The notes under the pieces are model-generated. The model did not search any database. It was given only the letters and a program-made list of their open reading frames with translations, and was not told the DNA's origin. A DNA stretch of 64,000 bases from a virus. Taxonomy: Duplodnaviria > Caudoviricetes. This document shows, piece after piece, positions 46,019 to 55,488 of this stretch. Each line of letters begins with the position of its first letter. The stretch's first letter is position 1. Made by a program: the position numbers and the translations under genes. The stretch is taken from positions 64,001-128,000 of IMG/VR virus record IMGVR_UViG_3300033555_000001; one strand, 5' to 3'.

Positions 46019-48983
46019 TTATATTTCCTCAATCCACGACTGGGATTCAGACCAAATTGCGGTGTGGGAGCGGCCAGTAGAGGGTGGGGCTAGAACAATG
46101 AGCTACTACAAACCTCCACGGTATTTTTATGTTCCAGATGAAGATGGTGAATTTACCTCTGTTACTGGTGAAAAGCTTAAAAAAATAGTCTGCGATTCTA
46201 AGGATGAATTTACGGCTGAAACAAAAAAATATCGTAAACGGTTTGAATCCGACTTTCAACCCGAGGCCCGCCTGCTTATGGACGAATATTATGGCAGAGA
46301 AACTCCAGTTATTAACTATGCTTTTCTGGATATTGAAAACGACTATTCGTCAAAGCTTGGCTGGAGTTCACCAGAGAATCCGTACGCTCCAATTAATGCC
46401 ATTACCATTTATCAGAGCTGGACTAAAAAGTACATCACCTATGCCGTGCCTCCAAAAGGTTGGAAGGGCAATAAAGTTGAGTTAATGGCGCAGTGCCAGG
46501 CTCTGTGGACAGAACATAAACTTGGGTTTGTGCCTGATATCACGATCTGCGATACTGAGCGAGATCTTTTGCTGTACATGCTCGGCGACATTGAAGATGC
46601 TGATATTATCAGTGGTTGGAACTCCGAGTTCTTTGATAATCCGTACATCATTAAGCGACTGGAGCGGGTGCTTGGCAAGAAAGGTCCGGCTGGCATGTGC
46701 TTTAAGGGTGCCAGGCCACCAGCAGAAAAGATCGTTAATCGCTTTGGTTCCCCATCTATTACATACACGCTGTACGGCCGCACTCATCTGGACTACCTTG
46801 ACCTGTTTAAGAAGTTCACGTTTGAGGGTCGGGTTTCCTATTCCTTGGCTAATATTTCGGCAGAAGAACTGGACACGCCTAAGCTTGATTATCCTGGCAC
46901 ACTTGAGCAGCTGTACCACAATGACTTTGCGCACTTTATTTGTTACAACGCACGTGACGTCGAGGTCATTGTTCAACTAGATGCTAAGTTTAATTTAATG
47001 CAGCTTGTAAATCAAATGGCGCATGAGAACACCGTGCCGTTCACCGCTATTCTTGGTACCGTGCGATATGTTGAAACTGGTATTACTAATCGTGCGCACA
47101 ACACGCACAAGTTAATTGTCAGCGACAAAAATATCTCTGGTGAAGAGAATGAAAAAGTTGAGGGTGCCATTGTTATGACGCCGCGTGCCGGGCTACATGA
47201 GTGGGTAGGCTCTGTAGATATTACGTCACTATATCCGTCAGTTGCCCGTGCGCTTAACATGTCTATTGAAACCTTTAAAGGTCAGTTTGTTCAAGAGGAA
47301 AAAGCATGGGAAGGTATTAGAGCAGCTGACAATAACACTTGGGAGGCCGAGTTAACTGAGGCTCCAGGAGAATTGGTTGCTGCTACTGGCAAAGAATGGA
47401 GTGCTTATCTCAAAGAACAGAATTATGCTATTTCTGCGTTTGGCACGGTCTTTGATCAAAACAAACCGGGTATGGTTGCTGACACGCTTACATATTGGTT
47501 TGAAGAGCGTAAACGGCTGCAGGCTGAGAAGAAAAAATATTCTAAGAAATTAGCAGAACTGCATTTGGCGTTCAGCAATGATGTCAAAAAGCATGGCATG
47601 GGGTCATTTGCATTTGATGAATTCTTAGATGTGGAAGATGACCCTAAATCCGAATATCCTAAAAAATTAGATGGGGCTATGGAACTAGCAACTAAAAAAT
47701 GGGGCGCTCAAATTGCAGAATGCAAGAGACTTAAAGATCACTATGACCTTCTTCAGCTTACCAAAAAAATTCAGCTGAACTCAGCGTACGGCGCGTTGCT
47801 CAATGAAAATTTTAGATGGGGACGCAGAGAAATTGGCGCCTCTATTACTGGTAGCGGGCGGCAAATTACAAAGCACATGGGTCAGACGATTGCGGCAGTT
47901 ATTACTGAAAAGAAGTGGGAATTTGAAAAACGTTTTGCTCACACCAATACTGCTGGAAATGGTTGCACTTTTGTTCCCGGTGAAACTTTTGCCAAAGCTC
48001 AGTTCCGTGGTGATTATGAATGGTTAAGAAATCATCCTACTGAATCCGCTTATACTATGAAGTGGAATAAAGACAAGGGTGTTGAACAAAAAGTCTGGTC
48101 AGGCGCGATATGGTTTACCGAATGTCCTGCAATCATCTACGGTGATACCGACTCATGCTACTTTCTAACATATGGTAAGAACTATGAGGATGCGGTAGCA
48201 AGGGCTGACAGCATTGCAGAGCGAACTAACGCTACATTCCCGGAGTTTATGGCATCTGCGTTTAATTGCACGGGTGGTCGTGAAAAGTTAATTAAGGCTG
48301 CGCGAGAAATTGTTGCCGAGCGCGGGTTGTTCATGTTTGCCAAAAAGAAATACACGCTGCGAGTTGTTAATCTAGATGGCTTTGACATGCAAGACAAGCC
48401 TAAGCTGAAGTCCATGGGCTCTGAGATTAAAAAAGCCGATACCCCAAAAGCTATTCAGGACTTCTTAAAAGAGCTCATGAATTTAATCTTAACCGGTAAA
48501 CAATATCCGGAAATAGAAAAGTTCGTAAATCAGCATCGTGGCAGCATGATCAATAAAGACTCAGACGTGCTTGCCCTGGCACCGGCAAAACAGGTAAACA
48601 ATCTTGATGCGCTCTATGCAGAGTATTGCCGTACTGAAAAAGTAGCCAATGGTAAAATGAAACACTGTCCTGGCCACGTGCGTGCAGCTATTAACTACAA
48701 TGAAATGTCAGAGCTGTTTGAACCAGGGATTGCTAAGCCCCTTAAAGCTGGCGATAAAGTTGCAATCTTGTATTTGCGGCCTAATCAGAGTGGAATTAAA
48801 TCAATTGGTTTTCCAGCAGAGATGTTGCACTTGCCAGAGTGGTTTAAGGAGAATTTCGAAGTTGACATGAAACTTACCGAACAAAAGATGATTGATTCAA
48901 AAATCGAGGGCATCTTTGAAGTACTTGGCGAGAACGTGCCGTCACCTCAGAACTCTCACCTGAATTCAACGTTTGTGTTTTGA
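45993..48983 (+). CDS. gp43: Family B DNA polymerase (gp43-like)
   Basis: Exo DIE, GWNSEFFD, YNARD; pol SVDITSLYPS, KIQLNSAYG, YGDTDS, KKKY; start at 45993 or 46002. Confidence 0.97.
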   Translation: MANMQQKTNYISSIHDWDSDQIAVWERPVEGGARTMSYYKPPRYFYVPDEDGEFTSVTGEKLKKIVCDSKDEFTAETKKYRKRFESDFQPEARLLMDEYYGRETPVINYAFLDIENDYSSKLGWSSPENPYAPINAITIYQSWTKKYITYAVPPKGWKGNKVELMAQCQALWTEHKLGFVPDITICDTERDLLLYMLGDIEDADIISGWNSEFFDNPYIIKRLERVLGKKGPAGMCFKGARPPAEKIVNRFGSPSITYTLYGRTHLDYLDLFKKFTFEGRVSYSLANISAEELDTPKLDYPGTLEQLYHNDFAHFICYNARDVEVIVQLDAKFNLMQLVNQMAHENTVPFTAILGTVRYVETGITNRAHNTHKLIVSDKNISGEENEKVEGAIVMTPRAGLHEWVGSVDITSLYPSVARALNMSIETFKGQFVQEEKAWEGIRAADNNTWEAELTEAPGELVAATGKEWSAYLKEQNYAISAFGTVFDQNKPGMVADTLTYWFEERKRLQAEKKKYSKKLAELHLAFSNDVKKHGMGSFAFDEFLDVEDDPKSEYPKKLDGAMELATKKWGAQIAECKRLKDHYDLLQLTKKIQLNSAYGALLNENFRWGRREIGASITGSGRQITKHMGQTIAAVITEKKWEFEKRFAHTNTAGNGCTFVPGETFAKAQFRGDYEWLRNHPTESAYTMKWNKDKGVEQKVWSGAIWFTECPAIIYGDTDSCYFLTYGKNYEDAVARADSIAERTNATFPEFMASAFNCTGGREKLIKAAREIVAERGLFMFAKKKYTLRVVNLDGFDMQDKPKLKSMGSEIKKADTPKAIQDFLKELMNLILTGKQYPEIEKFVNQHRGSMINKDSDVLALAPAKQVNNLDALYAEYCRTEKVANGKMKHCPGHVRAAINYNEMSELFEPGIAKPLKAGDKVAILYLRPNQSGIKSIGFPAEMLHLPEWFKENFEVDMKLTEQKMIDSKIEGIFEVLGENVPSPQNSHLNSTFVF

Positions 48984-49023
48984 CTAATGTGTTATAATTA
49001 CTCATTATTTTAAAGGATTAATC

Positions 49024-49224
49024 ATGGCCTCAGTAAACTTAGAACTCTCCCCATTTGCAGTTCCAACCGAAGTATCTATCCGTGTTCCGGGTGGTGGCAA
49101 GCGTGAAGATGGAATTCAAGCAGCAATGACCATGAAACTAGCGCAGCTCGACGAAGAAACTCTGGCCGCTCTCTGTGAAGAATTCACAACTGCCGTGTTT
49201 GCGGCGGCTGGTAAGTCCCTGTGA
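49024..49224 (+). CDS. Hypothetical protein
   Basis: AAGGA RBS; TATAAT upstream. Confidence 0.75.
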   Translation: MASVNLELSPFAVPTEVSIRVPGGGKREDGIQAAMTMKLAQLDEETLAALCEEFTTAVFAAAGKSL

Positions 49225-49952
49225 AATTAACGACCGAAGATAATCGCAAGCTACGAGCGGCCATTGCGGCGTGTAAGCTCGCTGATATTGATCTGGCCGT
49301 GATTGCTGAAGGCAAGATCCGCGGGCTGAGCGAAAGCAGAAATGCCGTGATCTTTAGCGATCTTGTACTCTCTATTGACCCTGAGATTCAGCTTGGAATT
49401 ACACGACTTTCAGAACTGGACAAACGGCTCGCCTTGTTTGGTGATGACATTCTTGTTGAGGGTGACCTCACAGACGCCAAGAAAGTCCGCAAGCTAGCCA
49501 TTCGCGGCAAAGCCGGTAAGATTGAATTTCGCTGTACTGACGTTGCAATGCTTGACAAAAAGTACCCGAAAGAAAATCACGATGTGCCAGGCACAGTGAT
49601 CACGTTTAGCAAAGCTGAAATAGCTCTTATTTCGCGCGGTGTAAAAACGCTGGGCGCTGAACAGCTTACCATTCAAGTAAAGCGTGATGGTGCCGTACAT
49701 ATTGAAAGTTTAGATACTTCAAACGACAGATTTGAAACTGATTTAGTAACAAACGCGGACTTTATCGATGATGCAGTATCCTCAGTGTTCTCGTATAATT
49801 CTTCAAGCTCTGGTGTTTTGCTAGGACTGCTGGAGCACACGGTAAAAGATGCTGAGAGTTCGCAAATCATACTCATGAAATCAGGCAACATTGGCGTAAC
49901 AGTTTTTGGATTTGATATTATTGCTATTCCACGTATTATTACAGGAGTTTAA
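49221..49952 (+). CDS. Possible sliding clamp (gp45-like)
   Basis: About 240 aa two-domain alpha/beta pattern, MKLT start, next to the polymerase. Confidence 0.45.
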   Translation: MKLTTEDNRKLRAAIAACKLADIDLAVIAEGKIRGLSESRNAVIFSDLVLSIDPEIQLGITRLSELDKRLALFGDDILVEGDLTDAKKVRKLAIRGKAGKIEFRCTDVAMLDKKYPKENHDVPGTVITFSKAEIALISRGVKTLGAEQLTIQVKRDGAVHIESLDTSNDRFETDLVTNADFIDDAVSSVFSYNSSSSGVLLGLLEHTVKDAESSQIILMKSGNIGVTVFGFDIIAIPRIITGV

Positions 49953-49953
49953 A

Positions 49954-50322
49954 TTGGACAACTACGACATCGAAAAAACGCGCGTGGACTATGTGCAGAC
50001 TATGGAAATCCAGGTGCGGCACCTACAGACTGAGCTTGACAAATATAAAGCAATTGCTGAAAAATGGGAACCGCGCTTTACAGCCCAGAGTGATGCTGCG
50101 ACACAGATGCTTGCTATTGGGCTTGAGTTTGGCGGCAAACGTGCTAATGTAAAAGTCAGTGAAAACTTTCTGCATCAAATGGACGCTACTGGAGCCACCA
50201 GCGAGCTGCTGCACGCGCTGATTAACGGACTTGTTAAAGACCAACTGCACGCTGTCCTTAAACCAATAGTTGAGCGCGCGCAAAAGAATGTTAACAGCGT
50301 GGGTGGTGCTGGACAATGGTAA
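49954..50322 (+). CDS. Hypothetical protein
   Basis: TTG start after AGGAG. Confidence 0.7.
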   Translation: MDNYDIEKTRVDYVQTMEIQVRHLQTELDKYKAIAEKWEPRFTAQSDAATQMLAIGLEFGGKRANVKVSENFLHQMDATGATSELLHALINGLVKDQLHAVLKPIVERAQKNVNSVGGAGQW

Positions 50323-50690
50323 GCTGGTTTAAAAAGCTGCTGGCCAGGGGCTCCAGGAAATCTAATTTTCTGGATCCAGATGGCGGACTTGCTTTGCGCG
50401 AAAAATTCTTAGAGGCCCAGGTAAAGACCACTGAGCCGTGGGCCATGTTTGAAGTTGCTGGCTTTGACGAAAAAGAAGAGCGCATAAAGATGGTGTTCAA
50501 TTGGAACAGCGCTTTTATTGAACACCTAAATGGCATGGGCTTTACTGGCGAAACTGAAGACGATACAGTGCAAGCGTTCTTCTTTACAAGTCAAATGGCG
50601 CCTGCAGGTTCAGATCCTGACGGTGACGAATCTGTTCAAGTTGAAGACTTGCCTAATTTGTCAAACCGAGTAAACAAGGTTTCCAGATAA
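50316..50690 (+). CDS. Conserved hypothetical phage protein
   Basis: EPWA...FNWNSAFIEHL-GF-GETEDD pattern. Confidence 0.75.
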   Translation: MVSWFKKLLARGSRKSNFLDPDGGLALREKFLEAQVKTTEPWAMFEVAGFDEKEERIKMVFNWNSAFIEHLNGMGFTGETEDDTVQAFFFTSQMAPAGSDPDGDESVQVEDLPNLSNRVNKVSR

Positions 50691-50726
50691 CTGTGGTATA
50701 ATGCAGATTGACCAACCGGGTAAATT

Positions 50727-51788
50727 ATGAAACAAAAACGCTTAGTGGTTGACGTATCAAATATCTTTTGGCGGGCGGTATCGGCTCTACAGCGGTACGG
50801 TCCCGTTGACACCGCTGATTCTGCCGGACTAGGCTTGCATGGTTGCCTGATGTCGCTTAAAAAGCACTACAATAATATCAAACCGCATAAGCTAGCAATA
50901 GTGTTTGAGGGCAAACAAAACTGGCGCAAAGAGTATACAAAGAGCGCAGCGTGCGTTTCCAGGCGCCTCTACAAGGGTAACAGGGTTGCGGATCCTAGTA
51001 TGGCAGTGCTCTTTGATGTGATGCGATCTTTTGAAGATTTGGCACGTAACCACACTAACATTGTAACGCTGGTTCATCCACGCCTGGAGGGTGATGATCT
51101 AATTGGCGGGTACGCGGATTATTTCGCTAGCCCGCACGACGGTTCCTCGGATGGCGACGAAGTGTTTATACTGTCAGGTGACAAGGACTTTGTGCAGTTA
51201 CTTGGCAATCCAAATATTCACCTTGTAAACCCAGACGACGGGCTAGAGCGCACGCTGACTAAAGTATGCGATGTTGATGACGCCGGATATTTTATGTTTG
51301 AGAAATGTTTCCGAGGAGATTCAGGCGATAACGTACTGCCTGCGCTGCCGCGCGTCCGCAAAACAAAACTGCACAAGGCGTACGGCGTTAAAGATGGCAA
51401 GGTTGATGCGTCACTGGCGGACTCATTTGAAATGAGTAATTTGCTAAATTCTACGTGGGAGTTCATGGATCCGGAGACTGGCGACAAGCGCATGATGTCA
51501 GTTGCTGAGATGTACGAAGAAAATAGTCTGTTAATGAACTTGCGCGGCCAGCCACAGGAAATCAGAGACCTGATCAAAGAAGTAATTGAGCACGAGAGCG
51601 ACAATCACGGCCAGTTTAACTTTTTTAACTTTTCAAAATTTCTGGGCAAATACAAGCTACAGCAAATTGCTGATAAATCAGCGGACTTTGTTCCAATGCT
51701 CAGTGGCAAGGGATTTAAAATGGCCGCAACACCGACCGCCGAACCTGTTGCTGACGAGCAGCCAGCACTTGGAGGTCTGCAATTTTAA
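50727..51788 (+). CDS. rnh: RNase H / 5'-3' exonuclease (T4 Rnh-like)
   Basis: VVDVSNI, FEG, R-YKGNR, EGDDLI, SGDKDFVQL, GDSGDNV. Confidence 0.92.
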   Translation: MKQKRLVVDVSNIFWRAVSALQRYGPVDTADSAGLGLHGCLMSLKKHYNNIKPHKLAIVFEGKQNWRKEYTKSAACVSRRLYKGNRVADPSMAVLFDVMRSFEDLARNHTNIVTLVHPRLEGDDLIGGYADYFASPHDGSSDGDEVFILSGDKDFVQLLGNPNIHLVNPDDGLERTLTKVCDVDDAGYFMFEKCFRGDSGDNVLPALPRVRKTKLHKAYGVKDGKVDASLADSFEMSNLLNSTWEFMDPETGDKRMMSVAEMYEENSLLMNLRGQPQEIRDLIKEVIEHESDNHGQFNFFNFSKFLGKYKLQQIADKSADFVPMLSGKGFKMAATPTAEPVADEQPALGGLQF

Positions 51789-51861
51789 AACTCAGGGTTA
51801 GCCACTGGTTAAGGGCTCTAATAACCGGTATATAATAGCTTATCATCAACCGGAGACCGTA

Positions 51862-52947
51862 ATGTCGTACATGATTAAGATCGCGCTGTTTTTATTAGCA
51901 TGTACGGCAGCTGTACTATTTGCGGGTTATAAATCTTTTGCTGTATCTTACTTTGATCATTCCCCAAACTGGGGAACCGTGGTCAGAGTCCAACAAGAGG
52001 CCGACCGGTCGGCGGTGGTTGTTTCTGTAAAAAAGACCGCTGAAAAACAGATTGAAGTTCTTACTGACGAAGTTAACGGGTTACTCAAAAAAAGTGCCAT
52101 GTACGTGGCACATGAGAAATCACTGTACCTCTTGTTATTCACTGCAGTAATTACGCTTGAAGAACAGTCAGCTCTATCAACCGCAGCACTTGCTAAATTT
52201 GGCCCGCTTACAACTCTTTACCTAAAAGACTTTACTGGCACTGATGTTGCAAGTAACGCGGTCTCACAGTTTGAAAGCACAATTGTTGGTGAAGCACTCT
52301 CTGAGCGCTCGCAGGCGTCTGAGCTGCGAATGAACTTTAGAGCAGTTGTAGATTTTAGAACTGAGTTTCTAGAAAAGATAAACGCCAAACACGCGCAAGA
52401 CTTTGCTGGAGAAGTAGAGCTGTTTACTGCTGCCCAGCCGCCGGTGAGTGATCAGTATAATCAGTACGACCCAAGTACCATGACATTTGCGCCCTTTGAA
52501 CAGATGCGGCACCGGGGCTGGGATGTCAGTGATGAGGATGCGCATCTCCTGTACAATGCGCACAAACTAATAAGTGACATAGACACAGTACAAACCAGGC
52601 TGGCCACTGCTACAGCCAGTGCCGCGCAAAAACTAATTTTAATCTCTGAGTACCGGGCGCAGCTCGCGGACTCAACTGAGAGCGGTGGAGTAAAAGCGCT
52701 GCTGTTCATGCAGAACAAATCAAGAGGTGTAGTTAAAGAGGGTGATAAGCTGTACCGCTGTACACTAGGAGTGTTCAGGTGCACACCAGTAGCAGAAGTT
52801 AAAGTGCTCTTTGACGATGTGTTTTCAACACCACACCCAACCAGCGGTAAAGTCGTGCCAGGTTTTTTGATTAAAATTGAATTTTTTAACCGGGCAAACA
52901 GCGGACCCGGCCAGTTGTACCTTTTGCCGCCAACATTAAAGAGGTGA
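51862..52947 (+). CDS. Signal-anchored coiled-coil protein
   Basis: N-terminal hydrophobic segment; helical middle; beta C-terminus. Confidence 0.75.
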   Translation: MSYMIKIALFLLACTAAVLFAGYKSFAVSYFDHSPNWGTVVRVQQEADRSAVVVSVKKTAEKQIEVLTDEVNGLLKKSAMYVAHEKSLYLLLFTAVITLEEQSALSTAALAKFGPLTTLYLKDFTGTDVASNAVSQFESTIVGEALSERSQASELRMNFRAVVDFRTEFLEKINAKHAQDFAGEVELFTAAQPPVSDQYNQYDPSTMTFAPFEQMRHRGWDVSDEDAHLLYNAHKLISDIDTVQTRLATATASAAQKLILISEYRAQLADSTESGGVKALLFMQNKSRGVVKEGDKLYRCTLGVFRCTPVAEVKVLFDDVFSTPHPTSGKVVPGFLIKIEFFNRANSGPGQLYLLPPTLKR

Positions 52948-52950
52948 GCC

Positions 52951-53199
52951 ATGATAGTATTTGGATGGGTTGGATCTTTTTTACTGGCAATCTGCGCACT
53001 GCCACAGGCGTGGATGTCTTATAAACAGGGGAACTCTAACGGCGTGTCTCATGGGCTCTTGTGGCTGTGGGCCAGTGGAGAAGTTGTCACGCTTGTTTAC
53101 GTTGGTGATAAAATGGACCTGCCGTTAATTATGAACTACGCGACAAACATAGTTCTTATTTCAATTGTAATTTGGTACAAATATAGACCGCGAACATGA
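52951..53199 (+). CDS. SemiSWEET/PQ-loop three-TM protein
   Basis: GW-GS-LLAICALPQAWMSYK...GVS. Confidence 0.85.
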   Translation: MIVFGWVGSFLLAICALPQAWMSYKQGNSNGVSHGLLWLWASGEVVTLVYVGDKMDLPLIMNYATNIVLISIVIWYKYRPRT

Positions 53200-53501
53200 A
53201 AGTATATCTTGATGACGAGCGTAAGACGCCTGTGGGTTGGGTGCGCGCGTATTGGCCGGATGAAGTGCAAGAGCTCTTGCAAAATAATGATGTTACCGAA
53301 CTCAGTCTTGATCACGATTTAGGTGATGACGAGCGCGGTACTGGCTATGATGTAGTGCTGTGGATTGAGGAACAGGTAGCGCTCTATAACTTTGTGCCGC
53401 CAATTATTACTGTGCACTCTGCTAATTCATCAGCACGAGATAAGATGCTAAATGGTATTGAATCAATTCAGCGGTTTGACGCCATCAATCTACTGAAATA
53501 A
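53196..53501 (+). CDS. Cyclic-phosphate-processing receiver domain protein
   Basis: VYLDDER-TP-GW, LSLDHDLG-GTGYD, VHSAN. Confidence 0.88.
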   Translation: MKVYLDDERKTPVGWVRAYWPDEVQELLQNNDVTELSLDHDLGDDERGTGYDVVLWIEEQVALYNFVPPIITVHSANSSARDKMLNGIESIQRFDAINLLK

Positions 53502-53826
53502 CAAGCTCGTGCCGGCGACATGCCAGTACTGACCAACCCGCAGACGGCCCACGAGTAATGGGCCGTTGGTCGTTAAAGTTCGCACGGTTTCTCAGTGAGT
53601 AGTAATTAAGCCCGTGCGCAACGCAAAAGTTATTCATCTCAGCAGTTCTTACTAATTCCCCGGTTGGCGACAGTAGTATCCATACTTTGGCTGCCCAGTG
53701 CGCGGTGCCGCTTATTGAGGCACCTTGCTTTGCGCGGGACTCTGTGCTGCGAGTAACACCCCTTTTTGCGGTGGCCATTTTCTCTCGTGTTTCTGCAGTA
53801 AGTGCGGGTTTGGGTTTAGTGCTCAT
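53485..53826 (-). CDS. NUMOD3-type DNA-binding protein lacking a nuclease domain
   Basis: TAETREKMATAKRG, STESRAKQ, WILLSPTGE-NFC-HGL; resembles the C-terminus of HNH 55635-56456. Confidence 0.75.
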   Translation of the reverse strand: MSTKPKPALTAETREKMATAKRGVTRSTESRAKQGASISGTAHWAAKVWILLSPTGELVRTAEMNNFCVAHGLNYYSLRNRANFNDQRPITRGPSAGWSVLACRRHELVISVD

Positions 53827-53835
53827 TATAAGTGA

Positions 53836-53865
53836 TCTCCAGTTCTGTTATTTATCGACTGGAGA
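53836..53865 (-). promoter_or_regulatory. RBS-sequestering hairpin with a late promoter in the loop
   Basis: TCTCCAGT/ACTGGAGA stem; TAAATA (53849-53854, minus strand) in the loop; GGAG 10 nt before ATG. Confidence 0.75.
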
Positions 53866-53881
53866 GTGCGTAGATCCGGCG

Positions 53882-53887
53882 TAAATA
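53882..53887 (+). promoter_or_regulatory. Late promoter box TAAATA
   Basis: Divergent partner of the 53849 box. Confidence 0.7.
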
Positions 53888-53987
53888 ACCCGAGAGCATA
53901 AATTATGCCTCACTAAAGGGTTCCAGCGAGCGTTAGGCTCAACGGTTAAAACGTCGAACGTCTTCCCACACCTCAAGGAGTACTCTC

Positions 53988-54422
53988 ATGGCCGTAACAA
54001 AAATTGAAAAACGCGCAACTAATCTTCAACACATTTTTGTAGTAGATTGGAATGATGATGGCATGCTAAAAGAGATCGCTGTTGTTATGGAAACACAGGA
54101 CGGTACACTGTTTGGTATTGAAGTAGATCGTCTGCATCCAATCGACAAGCAACGCCTTAAAAAGGTTATTACTTCAGTGCACGCGGACAAGTACCCACTA
54201 TGGGAACTGTTATCGCAGGGCAGACTGAACAACGGCATGAACGCCTTGGATTTCTTCCACGCTAACTACGTTAAAGTAAAGCGCCCACGCGGTGCGGTTA
54301 TCGGCGGTGGACTGGCCTCAGTTGAGCTTGACCTGGACGACGGCAAGCAAATTGGATCTAACTTCAGTGATCCGCGCGGTGGAGTTGTTTCAAGCGAATC
54401 GCCACCAATGTCCTCGTTCTAA
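53988..54422 (+). CDS. Conserved hypothetical phage protein
   Basis: AAGGAG RBS; own terminator. Confidence 0.85.
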   Translation: MAVTKIEKRATNLQHIFVVDWNDDGMLKEIAVVMETQDGTLFGIEVDRLHPIDKQRLKKVITSVHADKYPLWELLSQGRLNNGMNALDFFHANYVKVKRPRGAVIGGGLASVELDLDDGKQIGSNFSDPRGGVVSSESPPMSSF

Positions 54423-54443
54423 AATCTAAATCACAGTAACTTG

Positions 54444-54468
54444 AGGGGTCGCGAGCGCGACCCCTTTT
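54444..54468 (+). terminator. Intrinsic terminator
   Basis: GGGGTCGC-GAGC-GCGACCCC then TTTT. Confidence 0.9.
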
Positions 54469-54488
54469 CTATTGCGCCGAGATAATAG

Positions 54489-54517
54489 TGTACATGCCTC
54501 GACTTATACAGTATAAT
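54489..54517 (+). promoter_or_regulatory. Promoter TGTACA-N17-TATAAT
   Basis: Same class as 42049. Confidence 0.85.
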
Positions 54518-54573
54518 TGCACAACTCTGACCAATAGGCGGTATGTTTACTGCCAACACACTAAGGAGATATT

Positions 54574-55206
54574 ATGTACAAGACTTTTACTGCTCTTGGC
54601 GTTGTTGTTGCACTGGTTTCAACCGTGTTTGTAAAACTGATTCAGCTCGAGCCAGAGCCACGAGGAAATGTTGTTATTGCCGAAAAATCAGACGTAATCA
54701 AAGGCGGGCAAATGGCGGTAGTGGTACCAGCTAATTTGTCAAACACGCAGCACCAACTCCTGAACGATGCGTATAAAATTGCCAGGGAAGACGGTCATAA
54801 AAACCCTGAATTAGTACAAGGTGTTATTTTACAGGAAACCCGGGCTGGTGCAATGAGCGTGTACAAAGTCGCTGGAAATCCGGGTGATCTGTACTACGGG
54901 ATAGGCCAAATTAAAATTGGAGCGGCCAGGGACGTGATGTCCGCATTCCCAAAGCTGTGGGCAAAGTATAAATTTCATACTCGAACCGACGACGAGCTCA
55001 AGGCTAACTTGATTTTAAATCAACTCTTCAACATTGAGATCACCTCAAAGTACTTAAAGCTATTACAGACTAGGTACGGCTACAGCGGCAGAGAACTTGT
55101 AAATGCCTATAACCGCGGACCGACCGGTGTCAAGGCCGTTGATAATCAATTTCACTATGCGCGTGGAGCCGAGTCAAAGCTAGCTGCATTTAAGCGAGGT
55201 CCGTAA
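54574..55206 (+). CDS. SLT lytic transglycosylase with N-terminal signal anchor
   Basis: VILQET (catalytic Glu), YGIGQIK, NIE-TSKYL, AYNRGP. Confidence 0.88.
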   Translation: MYKTFTALGVVVALVSTVFVKLIQLEPEPRGNVVIAEKSDVIKGGQMAVVVPANLSNTQHQLLNDAYKIAREDGHKNPELVQGVILQETRAGAMSVYKVAGNPGDLYYGIGQIKIGAARDVMSAFPKLWAKYKFHTRTDDELKANLILNQLFNIEITSKYLKLLQTRYGYSGRELVNAYNRGPTGVKAVDNQFHYARGAESKLAAFKRGP

Positions 55207-55292
55207 GATATTGGCAGGGCGTGAACCACTGAAGCACCACTTAAAATATTTCCGACAGTATAGAATTACAGTATTACTTCTAGAAAGTGCCT

Positions 55293-55484
55293 ATGTTTTT
55301 TCTGTTTATTGCTTTTACACTTGGTTCCGCCTTGGCGGCATTCTATAACATCACGCCATTCATTATTGCCTGCGCATTAATCGCCGGTGTGTGTTTGGCC
55401 TTTTCAGTATTTCAGACGCTCTATGGACTGCTCGTAGAGGAAGAGGAATATTCTGAAAACACTGATCGCGATCAGCGAGGATAA
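55293..55484 (+). CDS. Small two-TM protein
   Basis: Two hydrophobic segments, charged C-terminal tail. Confidence 0.7.
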   Translation: MFFLFIAFTLGSALAAFYNITPFIIACALIAGVCLAFSVFQTLYGLLVEEEEYSENTDRDQRG

Positions 55485-55488
55485 AATA

